This document shows, in pieces, positions 17,284 through 26,487 of a stretch of 32,000 nt of DNA. Source of the stretch: Candidatus Heimdallarchaeota archaeon. Lineage in GTDB: Archaea; Asgardarchaeota; Heimdallarchaeia; Heimdallarchaeales; Heimdallarchaeaceae. The notes under the pieces are model-generated. The model searched no databases. It had not been told where the DNA came from and saw only the letters and a program-made list of their open reading frames with translations. The stretch's first letter is position 1; every line of letters begins with the position of its first letter. The position numbers were made by a program, and so were the translations under genes. The stretch covers positions 1 to 32,000 of the forward strand of contig DAOVER010000003.1 in NCBI GenBank assembly GCA_030668875.1, written 5' to 3'.

Positions 17284-18600
17284 CTATTTGTGTTGAGAAG
17301 AATTGCTTTTTACTTTCTTTTTAAACAAATAAACTAACATAGCAAATGTCAAAGATAAAATTAGAAGAATATATGTAGAATTAATTTTGCATATATAAGG
17401 TGAATTCGGAGGCTGAACAACTGTTATATTGTCATTCATTAAATTCAATAGGTCACATTCATAAAATGTCTCTAGAGCAAAAACTGTATCATCTACCCAT
17501 ACAAATGTTGTATAATTATCCCAAAATGTTGGAAAACCTCCATAGACTTCATCTTGTGAGTTTTTAATATCTATACACAGCTCTAAAGTTTCTGGGGAGA
17601 TCTCGCTTAAACTGAGGTTATTTTCCCATGCGAATTGTATAAAACCATGAATTGATCGCACACGATGTGAAAATCCCTCATAGAGATTATATTCATCGTA
17701 AACCATCAAATACATTTTTGTCAAATAAGGAATAAGTTCCTGAATAGTTGAAACATTAATTGTTTCTAATTGATTTGTGTAAGAAAGATATGTATAGGCA
17801 TCTAATGTTGAAATAATATTTAGCGAATCCGGTAAAAGAGGGTCTTGAAAGAAACCATTGCCTAGATATTGACTTAAAACGTATTGTGTACTTAATGTCC
17901 AATTTATTGAATCCAAACTTTCAAACTCTGAAAGGAGCAAATATGCAGATTTTACAGCGGGAATACTCGCAGGTACATTATCAAATGGACGAAATGAACC
18001 ATCTGGTAAAAAATCATCCAAAGTCCAAGATATAAAATCCTCAATATAAACAATGTCTGTAGCGTTCAATTTCTCTAGAAGGGAAAATGTTAACCATAAA
18101 TCACTTGGACCATGTTCATTCTCTCCTTCTTCCCCATGACTAGAATCATACAAATATCCCTCAATGTAATTAATTATTGAATTTGTGTCCAACTTGCTTA
18201 ACTCATTTAATAAAAATAAAGTTGAAACCGCATAATACGTCGAAAAAATATCTGATGCCATTTTAGTAGCTCCAAAAATTTGGTAAAACTGTCGAAAAGG
18301 AATTGGAGAAAAACCTCCATCTTTGTTATGTCCACTCAAGATATAATTAATTGCAGCTTCATAGCTACTCATTGTGACATTATTCAGAGTAAAATCATAT
18401 TCCAAAAAATTATTGCTTTCCCTAATTAATTTTGTTGTTAAAAAAATGGTTGAAATTATCAAAAATATGAAAACCAACGTTGCTATAAAGGTATATTTTC
18501 TTTTCCAAGTGATCTGTTTGTATTTTTTGATAAAAAAATTCTGGTTTAATGATGGTTTCTTATGTTCTTTAGAAAATGAAGTCTTTTTTTCCATCTTCAT
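17284..18600 (-). CDS. Membrane-anchored prenyltransferase/squalene-cyclase-repeat (alpha/alpha barrel) protein
   Basis: N- and C-terminal TM helices; repeats HNKDGGFSP..STYYAVSTL, LPDGSF, YGGFPTF..DTVFAL. Confidence 0.7.
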   Translation of the reverse strand: MKMEKKTSFSKEHKKPSLNQNFFIKKYKQITWKRKYTFIATLVFIFLIISTIFLTTKLIRESNNFLEYDFTLNNVTMSSYEAAINYILSGHNKDGGFSPIPFRQFYQIFGATKMASDIFSTYYAVSTLFLLNELSKLDTNSIINYIEGYLYDSSHGEEGENEHGPSDLWLTFSLLEKLNATDIVYIEDFISWTLDDFLPDGSFRPFDNVPASIPAVKSAYLLLSEFESLDSINWTLSTQYVLSQYLGNGFFQDPLLPDSLNIISTLDAYTYLSYTNQLETINVSTIQELIPYLTKMYLMVYDEYNLYEGFSHRVRSIHGFIQFAWENNLSLSEISPETLELCIDIKNSQDEVYGGFPTFWDNYTTFVWVDDTVFALETFYECDLLNLMNDNITVVQPPNSPYICKINSTYILLILSLTFAMLVYLFKKKVKSNSSQHK

Positions 18601-18639
18601 TAAACCTTTTCATACTTCTATAGCTAACTATTGTTTAAC

Positions 18640-19668
18640 TTATAGATATAATTTGTTATTCGGATCGAAATCCATCATGCCCATATAAAATTCTAAACTG
18701 AGTTCAAGAGATATTAATATAATGAGGATGCACACAAGAATAATTATAATCGCAATTGCTGCTAAGAAAGCTAAGGTTGTTGGAAAACCACAAAGGGATC
18801 CTAAAGCTTCTGCTGCAGTTTGAATCCAACCATAAACACCTAATGCTGCAACGTATAACCCTTGAGTTGCCACTGTAAAAAGTAGTTCTGTGAGAACTAT
18901 TATATTAAGACATATTAATGCCATATAGATTATAGCTGCCAAAGCTGTAGCTCTATTGAATTCATAGTGTGTCTTGGTAAAGGAATCTTCAACAGACATA
19001 AACTCATTAAATACATTGTTATAGAAAATATTGGCTAATTCTCTCTCAACTTCAATTATCTGTTCTCCTGAGTAACCTATAACAACTTTAGCTCCTAAAC
19101 TATTGAAACCTTGTGCTAATCGATAATCTAATGTGCTTTCTGTTCCAAAAGAGTAACAGCTTGAAAGATAAACGAAACGTAAATTCCTATCTGGAGTTGA
19201 CCTTGCTAGTTCTTCTAAGTTATACTTATTAGCTACTTCATAGTTACGCATTATTAGTGCTGGACCATTTGAGGTATAAGCTCCGTGTCCAATGAAGTTC
19301 ATTGTTAAATAAGTACTTTTGGAATTTGCATAGCTAAGATCTTCTATGAATGCACTAGTGGATGTTGCTGTTGATGCACGTCTGTAATAACCATCATTAC
19401 TGAAAAATGTATCTACTTCATAAACTTCACCAAGTCTAACATCATCTGTGTAACTGGATAAAAGTGTACCAAAATGATACTCAGGATCAGCACCTCCTCC
19501 TCCTCCACCTTCTCCAGGATCTAATCCTATTGGACCGGGTATTCCCCAAGTTTTGATATTCCCTCTAGCTTTATTCTTTAAGATACTAATGTATGTCTCA
19601 CTAAATATTTTTGGTGAAAAAACATAAAAACTTTTGCTAATATTTGTGTTTTCAAGTATAAATAGCGA
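18640..19668 (-). pseudogene. Clan CD (caspase/CHAT/gingipain-like) protease-fold protein with hydrophobic C-terminus; 5' end disrupted or non-canonical start
   Basis: FIGHG ... VYLSSCYS dyad. Frame is open 122 codons upstream of ATG 19302 with no ATG/GTG/TTG, up to TAG at 19669-19671. Confidence 0.6.
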
Positions 19669-19828
19669 CTAGATTTTTCGATAGTTTTGTTCTATGTTGT
19701 AACTACTAAGGAAGGAAAAGAGAACATCAATAATAGAGTAAGAGAAAATCATATTTTTGTTGGAGAAGAGCAGTCGAAAAGAAGATTTGACAAAACTATT
19801 GACTATTTATACCAGAGAATTCACCTAT

Positions 19829-19967
19829 CTTGGACTGTATTAAAAAACAGAGGAATCAGTACGAGATCAGATGATCTTCATATAAAATCAGCTGAAACAA
19901 GTGAATTAACGAAATTAAAAAAGGAATAAGATTGAGAGAAATAAACAAATCAATCTCTCTGTTATTT
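19829..19967 (+). repeat. Imperfect direct repeat, copy 2 (orphan 3' end abutting degV stop)
   Basis: Encodes SWTVLKNRGISTRSDDLHIKSAE versus AWTLLENRGSSMESDDLHLESAE in copy 1. Confidence 0.9.
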
Positions 19968-20849
19968 ATACGCATCTACAGCTGAATCAGGGATTTTCAT
20001 TATCCCTAATCCGAAGACATAGGGTCCTACATGGCATAGAATATTTGCTCCAATAGGTTCGTAGAAGAAATACAATGGTTTGAATTGCTTATTTATTTCC
20101 TCTGAAAAAGCCATGATCTCAGGATTATCAAGACCATACATAATAACCATAACATGGTTCACAAATTCTTTTGAGTACTGCTCTGCAATAGCTCGAAATT
20201 TATCCATACCCTCACTATAATTCTTGACTGTTCCAGCTGAAGTTATCTCTCCATCTTTCACAATAAGATGAGGTTTCAAACCCATTATAGTCCCCAATAG
20301 ACTCTTTGCAGCTCCTATTCTTCCTCCTCTGCGTAGATATTCTAATGTATCTACCATGAAATGTAATTGGATATTCTTTTTCATTTCATTAATTTCATCT
20401 ATGACAGTTTCAATAGGAATCCCTTGGTCTCTTCTTCTTATAGCATGATCAATCAGTAGGGATTGACCCCATGAAACAGTTTCGGTATCGACTGTGATGA
20501 AATCATCAGTCTTAAGACGTTTAGCAGTCATAATCGCATTCTGTAATGTTGCAGACATTTTAGCGCTGATTCCTAAATAGAGCACTTTCTCATATTTTTT
20601 CAAAGCTGCTCTTATCACTTGATCAAAATCTATAGGAGGAGCAACTGATGTTGATGTTTTAGCTTTAACATTAATCATTTTATCAATAATTTCTTCTCTT
20701 GTAATATTATCTCGATCTATGTATTCTGTATCTCCAATCATTATTCTTGTTCTGATTAGAATTAAATCATGTTTCTTCATATAATCAAGACTAAAATCTG
20801 CACCAGAATCAGTCATGATACCAAATTTGTGGGTCATAGCTAGAAACAT
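19962..20849 (-). CDS. degV: DegV/FakB-family fatty-acid-binding protein (start possibly 20837)
   Basis: IMTDSGAD, STSVAPP, ISAKMSAT, LEYLRRGGRI, CHVGP. Confidence 0.93.
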   Translation of the reverse strand: MFLAMTHKFGIMTDSGADFSLDYMKKHDLILIRTRIMIGDTEYIDRDNITREEIIDKMINVKAKTSTSVAPPIDFDQVIRAALKKYEKVLYLGISAKMSATLQNAIMTAKRLKTDDFITVDTETVSWGQSLLIDHAIRRRDQGIPIETVIDEINEMKKNIQLHFMVDTLEYLRRGGRIGAAKSLLGTIMGLKPHLIVKDGEITSAGTVKNYSEGMDKFRAIAEQYSKEFVNHVMVIMYGLDNPEIMAFSEEINKQFKPLYFFYEPIGANILCHVGPYVFGLGIMKIPDSAVDAYK

Positions 20850-20967
20850 CTTGGAGTAGTATAAAAATTATTACTTAAAATGTATAAACTAATCTGTCTT
20901 TTCTTCAGACATAACCTTTCCAATTTAACTGAAAACATTTATATCTCTGATATACACTTCATTCTAT

Positions 20968-21435
20968 ATGGGAAAAGGATTAACAGCATTTTTGATAATA
21001 TTTTTTGTTATTTTAGCAGCTGGGGGTGTAATTGGCGTTGACATTTACATGAGTTATAAGGATGTTGAAGTAAATTATGATCAATTCACAATTGGTACTC
21101 CTACGTTTGACATAAGTTCAGATAATACTACAGTTACTGTCACAGCAACGGTAGGGACACCTAAGCTAGGATATATCCCTAAATCTATTAGATTAGATAT
21201 ACAGTTGAAAAAAGGTGGAACTAACTACGGAGATCTCCAACAAATAACCATCAAACTAGGAGAATCTGCGCCTGTCGAATTCGTGTTTGTTCTTACATCA
21301 GCTGATGTATCAAATGTAGGCTCAGGAGGAACAATAACTATTACAATAGAAATTTCAGCTGTGCCAATCTATTTTGGTATTCCACTGACATTTCTAACTC
21401 AAGATTTACCTCCAACAGACATAATAATACCTTAA
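20968..21435 (+). CDS. N-terminally anchored beta-rich hypothetical protein
   Basis: Single N-terminal TM helix; Thr/Val/Ile-rich beta-strand pattern. Confidence 0.75.
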   Translation: MGKGLTAFLIIFFVILAAGGVIGVDIYMSYKDVEVNYDQFTIGTPTFDISSDNTTVTVTATVGTPKLGYIPKSIRLDIQLKKGGTNYGDLQQITIKLGESAPVEFVFVLTSADVSNVGSGGTITITIEISAVPIYFGIPLTFLTQDLPPTDIIIP

Positions 21436-21440
21436 GAATA

Positions 21441-21480
21441 GAACATTGTAATGTTCCAAACCTTCTTTTTTTCTTTTTTG
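21441..21480 (+). terminator. Palindrome plus oligo-T terminator
   Basis: GAACATT-GT-AATGTTC followed by CTTCTTTTTTTCTTTTTT. Confidence 0.5.
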
Positions 21481-21515
21481 AATAAGTTTTTAACTATATC
21501 TAATTATTTGCGATT

Positions 21516-21776
21516 GTGACTATTGTAGCTAACCATCTCAAGTGTGACTGTGCTAAAGTTGTGAAAATAGCTTCATGCCCCCGTCCCATTATTTCACCTA
21601 CACTAGAACAAGATAATTCCTATTTTCACTGTCCTTATTGCAAACTTGATTATACTTGTAGTCAAGCTGTAAAAACTGTTCATGAAAAAGATAAATATGG
21701 TTATCCACAATTGAAAAAGACAGTTTGTAGAAAATGTGGAACTGAAGTTGAAAGAAGAAAATGGCCTAATGATTAG
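21516..21776 (+). CDS. Small Cys8 zinc-binding hypothetical protein (paralog of 5192..5515)
   Basis: HLKCDC, CP, HCPYCK, C, VCRKC, WP at the same positions as in the first copy. Confidence 0.8.
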   Translation: MTIVANHLKCDCAKVVKIASCPRPIISPTLEQDNSYFHCPYCKLDYTCSQAVKTVHEKDKYGYPQLKKTVCRKCGTEVERRKWPND

Positions 21777-23229
21777 GGTTATTTTTATTTGAACCAATTC
21801 TTTCAAGTTTTATGTTAAAAACAGCTCCTGAAGGCTTATTGTCTTCAACTGAAATACACCCACCGAATTTTGCTAAAGTTAATTTTGCCAGATATAATCC
21901 CATACCACTTGTGCCTCCTTTATTCCCTTGAAAATTCTTCAAAAAGATTTGGTTTTTCAAACCATCTGGTACTCCTATCCCATTATCGATTATTTTTAGA
22001 ATTACAGTACTATTCATTTCCTCGACAATTATAGAAACTTGAACTGAATCTGAGTTTTGTTGGAATGCGTTTTGAACTACATTTAATACTATTGGAAAAA
22101 GTAATTTGTTAGCTTTAACATACACTGGTTCAGCTGGCAGAGTTAGATTTACACCATTAAAAGCTCTTTGAATTCCATCTAATATATTAAGATTAGTGGG
22201 TTGAATTTTTAATGAATTCAAAATATGAGTTGGTGTTTCAAATTTCTTCTGTCTCTCTTCCATCAAACCTACTCTATTATTGATCATATCCAGAAAACTA
22301 GTTTCTGAGGTTTCGTCATACAATTCCATTGCATTATTAATGACACTCAGATCATTTTGAAGATCGTGAAACCATAATTCAGTAACAGTAAGCAAATCTT
22401 TGGATAAATACTCTATCTCTTCATATCTTTGTTTGTAAAACTCTCTCTCCATATCGATATCTCTCATTGACTGAATTTTGAAATCAGGATTAAACGTAGC
22501 TATAAGCGCCGTTATCATTGTTGAATAGAAAATAAAATTCAGTACATCGGGTGTTAAAACCTGTAATTCTTCTTGTATCGCCATGGAATACACACTAGAA
22601 AGATCTCTGAAAAGCATAATTAGAAATCCTGCTGTTATAAATAACCAATGATAACCATATTTCATTCTAGAATATAACACCATTAGGATAATAAGTACAA
22701 CAAAGGAAATAAGTTCAACTATTATAAAAGTTACAAATACTGCTAATTCAGAAGTTGTGATATGTTGACCTAACTTTCCATAAGAATAGTAAAGTGTCGG
22801 GGATACAATGACTGTAGATAGGCTGACAATTGCTATTCCAATGAAAAATAATGCTTTTGTTATATACTTATAATCTTTGATTATTCTATCAATAGAAATC
22901 CCTAAGAAAGGGAAATACGCTGCAATGTGGAAGATTGTCCAGTAATTTAAAGTTAATATTGTTGGATTCTCATTTAAGTAATAATCGAAAAACTCGAAAA
23001 TAAGAAGCATTATCAATGAAAAAGTTATAGCAATACTAAAGATTCTTGTATCCTTGTTTTTTGCCTTGAAAATTGTTATTATACCTAAAATCCCCCCTAC
23101 AGTAGGCAGAAAGAAACTTAATGCGTATATATAGAGATAGCTGTATAAACCCCAAAGCCTAATTATCATAGGTATGACACTCATGATATACATAGTTGCC
23201 CATATTGAAGCTAGTACTCTAGTGCGCAA
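21766..23229 (-). CDS. Membrane-bound sensor histidine kinase
   Basis: Multi-TM N-terminus; H-box FHDLQNDL; N-box NVVQNAF; IIDNGIGVP; GMGLYL. Confidence 0.9.
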   Translation of the reverse strand: MRTRVLASIWATMYIMSVIPMIIRLWGLYSYLYIYALSFFLPTVGGILGIITIFKAKNKDTRIFSIAITFSLIMLLIFEFFDYYLNENPTILTLNYWTIFHIAAYFPFLGISIDRIIKDYKYITKALFFIGIAIVSLSTVIVSPTLYYSYGKLGQHITTSELAVFVTFIIVELISFVVLIILMVLYSRMKYGYHWLFITAGFLIMLFRDLSSVYSMAIQEELQVLTPDVLNFIFYSTMITALIATFNPDFKIQSMRDIDMEREFYKQRYEEIEYLSKDLLTVTELWFHDLQNDLSVINNAMELYDETSETSFLDMINNRVGLMEERQKKFETPTHILNSLKIQPTNLNILDGIQRAFNGVNLTLPAEPVYVKANKLLFPIVLNVVQNAFQQNSDSVQVSIIVEEMNSTVILKIIDNGIGVPDGLKNQIFLKNFQGNKGGTSGMGLYLAKLTLAKFGGCISVEDNKPSGAVFNIKLERIGSNKNNPNH

Positions 23230-23281
23230 AAAAACACCCTTACTTACCTCTCTTCAACAATATTTAAACCCTTATCATAAA

Positions 23282-23355
23282 GGCAAGAAACCTGATGGAG
23301 TAGCGACTAAACATATGAACATTGGGATGCTATAATGTGACAGGAGAAAAACCAG
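23282..23355 (+). pseudogene. Decayed copy of the last 25 codons of the downstream DAG kinase gene
   Basis: Aligns to 24410-24484; encodes GKKPDGVATKHM with synonymous differences, then a 1-bp deletion and TGG>TGA. Confidence 0.88.
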
Positions 23356-23431
23356 TAAACACTTATGCGTTAATCTCAATTTGAGCAGTAAATCTGTAAA
23401 GGTTTATTTACAACCTTTTTTTTCTTAAGCT

Positions 23432-24484
23432 ATGTCTGAAAAATGGAAATTTATAGTTAATCCTAACGCTGGTACTCAAAGGTGTATTGAAAGATGGGAG
23501 AAAGCTGAGCCAGTTATTAAAAAAAGTGGAATTGATTATGATGTTGTCTTCACAGAAGCTCGCAAACAAGGAAAGGAGCTAGTGACAAAGGCAATTAATG
23601 ATGGTTTTAACAGAATTATTATAGCAAGCGGTGATGGAGTTGTAAATGAGGCTATTAATGGGATAATGTCTTTTCCAGAAAAAAAGCGAAAGGAGATTGC
23701 TTTTGGAGTCTTACCTTTTGGAACTGGAAATGATTTAGCAACTTACATGGGCATCCCTTGGGAGCCAAAACATGCGGCTAAGACATTGATAGAGAAAACA
23801 GCTGTTTCACCTTCATCTATTGGTAAAGTAAAATATCATGATACAAAATTCGAAGTGTATTTTGGGAATATGTTTGATTTTGGGATATCATCTTTAGTTA
23901 ATCTAGGTAATATGGCTGGGGAAATGAATTGGATAAAGGGTCCATCAAGGTATACTTTCTTAGCAATCAAGAAACTAGTGACTGTTAAACAAAGAAAAGG
24001 AACAATTATTCTAGATGATGGAGATCCAATAGACTTCAAATTGATGCTTTTAGCTATTGGAATTGGAAAATCTGTAGGTGGAGGTATGTTAGCTTGTGTC
24101 AATGCTCATCCCCAAAACGATTTCTTTGATGTATGTATAACTCAAAATCTTACAAAACCTAGAACTCTATTAGGGATTCAAAAGATTTTCAAAGGAGAGC
24201 ACCTTAATTTAAAGGGAATGCAATACAAGCAAGCTAAGAAAATTGAAGTGACACTTGAAAGTCCAATAGGAATGGAGCATGATGGAGAAATCTATGAAGA
24301 AGACGTTAGCTCTCATGTAGAAGTAAATATTATGCCACAAGCTTACAATGTTCTCTACAATACTGAACATCCATCTATGCACTGGTTGACTGAAGAAGAG
24401 CTTAAGCAGGGTAAAAAACCCGATGGTGTGGCTACTAAACATATGAAACATTGGGATGCTAGAATTTGGCAAGAGAAAAATTAG
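23432..24484 (+). CDS. Diacylglycerol kinase-family lipid kinase (YegS/DagK-like)
   Basis: IVNPNAG, SGDGVVNE, PFGTGNDLA, GKSVGGG, HDGE. Confidence 0.92.
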   Translation: MSEKWKFIVNPNAGTQRCIERWEKAEPVIKKSGIDYDVVFTEARKQGKELVTKAINDGFNRIIIASGDGVVNEAINGIMSFPEKKRKEIAFGVLPFGTGNDLATYMGIPWEPKHAAKTLIEKTAVSPSSIGKVKYHDTKFEVYFGNMFDFGISSLVNLGNMAGEMNWIKGPSRYTFLAIKKLVTVKQRKGTIILDDGDPIDFKLMLLAIGIGKSVGGGMLACVNAHPQNDFFDVCITQNLTKPRTLLGIQKIFKGEHLNLKGMQYKQAKKIEVTLESPIGMEHDGEIYEEDVSSHVEVNIMPQAYNVLYNTEHPSMHWLTEEELKQGKKPDGVATKHMKHWDARIWQEKN

Positions 24485-24541
24485 TTGTACAATAATTGTA
24501 ACAGAAATAATATATACAACTTTTTCTTAATTTCTGAGTAG

Positions 24542-24904
24542 ATGAGTGATAAAAAGGAAAAATCCAAAGAAACTAAGATAAGTTATAAAATTGAAAATCT
24601 GCGAAGATTCTTGAAAACTCGAAAGATGTTTCTAATTATGCTTATTTTCTCACAATTGTGGGTTTCAGTATTATCCTTTATTACCACTCAATTTGTTTAC
24701 ATAGATTCATTAGACATTTATGCAAAAAGAATCATCGCAAGAATTATACCTGTATCCTTCTTTCTTGTACAAGCTCTGAATGCTGCGTTTATTATCTATT
24801 TATTCGAAAAGAAGCATATTAAAACAAAACTAGCTTTCCTCCTGCCCATAACCAATTTGATAGTCTCTGGAATAGCATTTGCTCTTTTATATGTTATCCC
24901 CTAA
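24542..24904 (+). CDS. Small membrane hypothetical protein
   Basis: Three hydrophobic segments. Confidence 0.7.
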   Translation: MSDKKEKSKETKISYKIENLRRFLKTRKMFLIMLIFSQLWVSVLSFITTQFVYIDSLDIYAKRIIARIIPVSFFLVQALNAAFIIYLFEKKHIKTKLAFLLPITNLIVSGIAFALLYVIP

Positions 24905-24938
24905 TGGTAACGAGCTGTTTTTATCTAGAAGAAATTTC

Positions 24939-26386
24939 CTACAATCCTATAGCTATTAGAATCATTGAATAGCCTATACTGAGAGCAGTAAAAGTCAGAG
25001 TCAAAGGTAGCATCTTTTTGACATATTGCAAAAATGACATAGGATATCTCTCTCTATTAAGAATTTCCAGCGCCATTAAAATTGTTATAGAACCTAAGGG
25101 CGTGAGAGCTCCTCCTATGTTGCCGGAGAGGACAAAACCTATCCATAAACCTGTAGTAATTCCTACAGGGAGAGATTTGAAAATGTAAGAGAAAATTAGC
25201 GAAACTGACGACCCATTTAGAAATCCTGTAATTGGTAGTCCAATAACACCTATAATGAGTGCTACCAGGATTTGTCCTCCTATTGTTGGATTTCCACTCC
25301 TTAAGTAAATATCTGCAACGGAAGATGGAAGAACGAGCACTGAGTTATTCCCTAAAACTCCTCCTAAGATGGTGTTCAGTGGAACTAGGGCACCTGCTGC
25401 TGTTAACACACCCATCAGAACAAATAAAGCTACGAAGAAAACAACAATATTCCATTCCACCCCTTCTTCGAGGTAATGTTTCAGATCAGCTCTAAACAGA
25501 AAAATCCCATTATCGTTGTTATTAAAGATACTAGTGCTACATCGATTGGATTCCCCTTAATACTAGTTAGTAAAAAGCCAACGAAAAGGATTCCAAGAAG
25601 AATTACAGATTTCCAGATATTCATGCGGTTTTCTATTCCATTCCATGGATTTATTCTCCCCAACTGTTTCTTCTTCTCTTCAGGGACTTCCTTAAAAATT
25701 TCTTTCTTGTAAATTAAGAAGAAGAAACCTGTTGCAAGACCAAAGAAAATTATTGCAATTGGAAGCATGTATGCCATAAAACGAATGAAGTTCATCCCTT
25801 CTCCTGCGTACAAGTTGAAAAATATAATGTTGGGTAGTGACGAAACTGGCGTTGGAAGCCCCCCGATTATGGTATTGATGCCTACGAATAGCACAAATGG
25901 TTTTGGATTTATCTCTAGCTGTTTACAAATAACTACTGTTAATGAGCCTAAAAGAATTATAGCACTTAGATTATCAAAAAACATTGAAACAAAAAAAGTT
26001 AGTGCGCCTAATGAGACAATAAGTTTTTTTGGATCTCCTTTAGTTAATTTGACCATAGATAATGAGATGAAATCAAAGAAACCCGCTCCTTTAGTCATTG
26101 CTACAATTATACTTACAGAGAAAATAATGACTATCGCTTCAACATTGACTGTTTTGGCTAAGGCTTCAAGAAAGTTATGCGGAACCACTTCATACTCTAG
26201 ATTTTAGATGAATCCTGCTCCCCAATCCATAAAAACCAAATAAATTATTGAGACAACAAGAGCACCAGTTACAGTGATCTTATTTGCATCCACCCCCTCT
26301 TTCATCAGTAATAGAATAGTGGTTAGTACAATTATAACAATAATAATTGTTATTATCCAATCTAGCTCTCCTAGAATACCAGCCAA
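24939..26386 (-). pseudogene. SLC13/ArsB/NhaD-type ion transporter split by one nonsense codon and one frameshift
   Basis: FFDNLSAI, NTIIGGLPTP..PN, GNIGGALTPLGS. In-frame TAA at 26204-26206; one extra base in the A5 run at 25500-25504 joins the other two ORFs. Confidence 0.88.
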
Positions 26387-26487
26387 CTGTTCACCTTTAC
26401 AAAATATTATTTTAATTCTGTGATGAAAATCACATTTCTATGGATGTTGCTCAGTTTATTTGAGCAGTGATATGGAATTTAATGTAC

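Noticed and set aside
19669-19671. Pyrrolysine readthrough of the in-frame TAG
   Set aside because: TAG is used as an ordinary stop by several genes here, no pyl genes are in the window, and the codon lies beside a recombination junction.
26204-26206. Stop-codon recoding in the transporter
   Set aside because: The codon is TAA, and a separate frameshift is also present.
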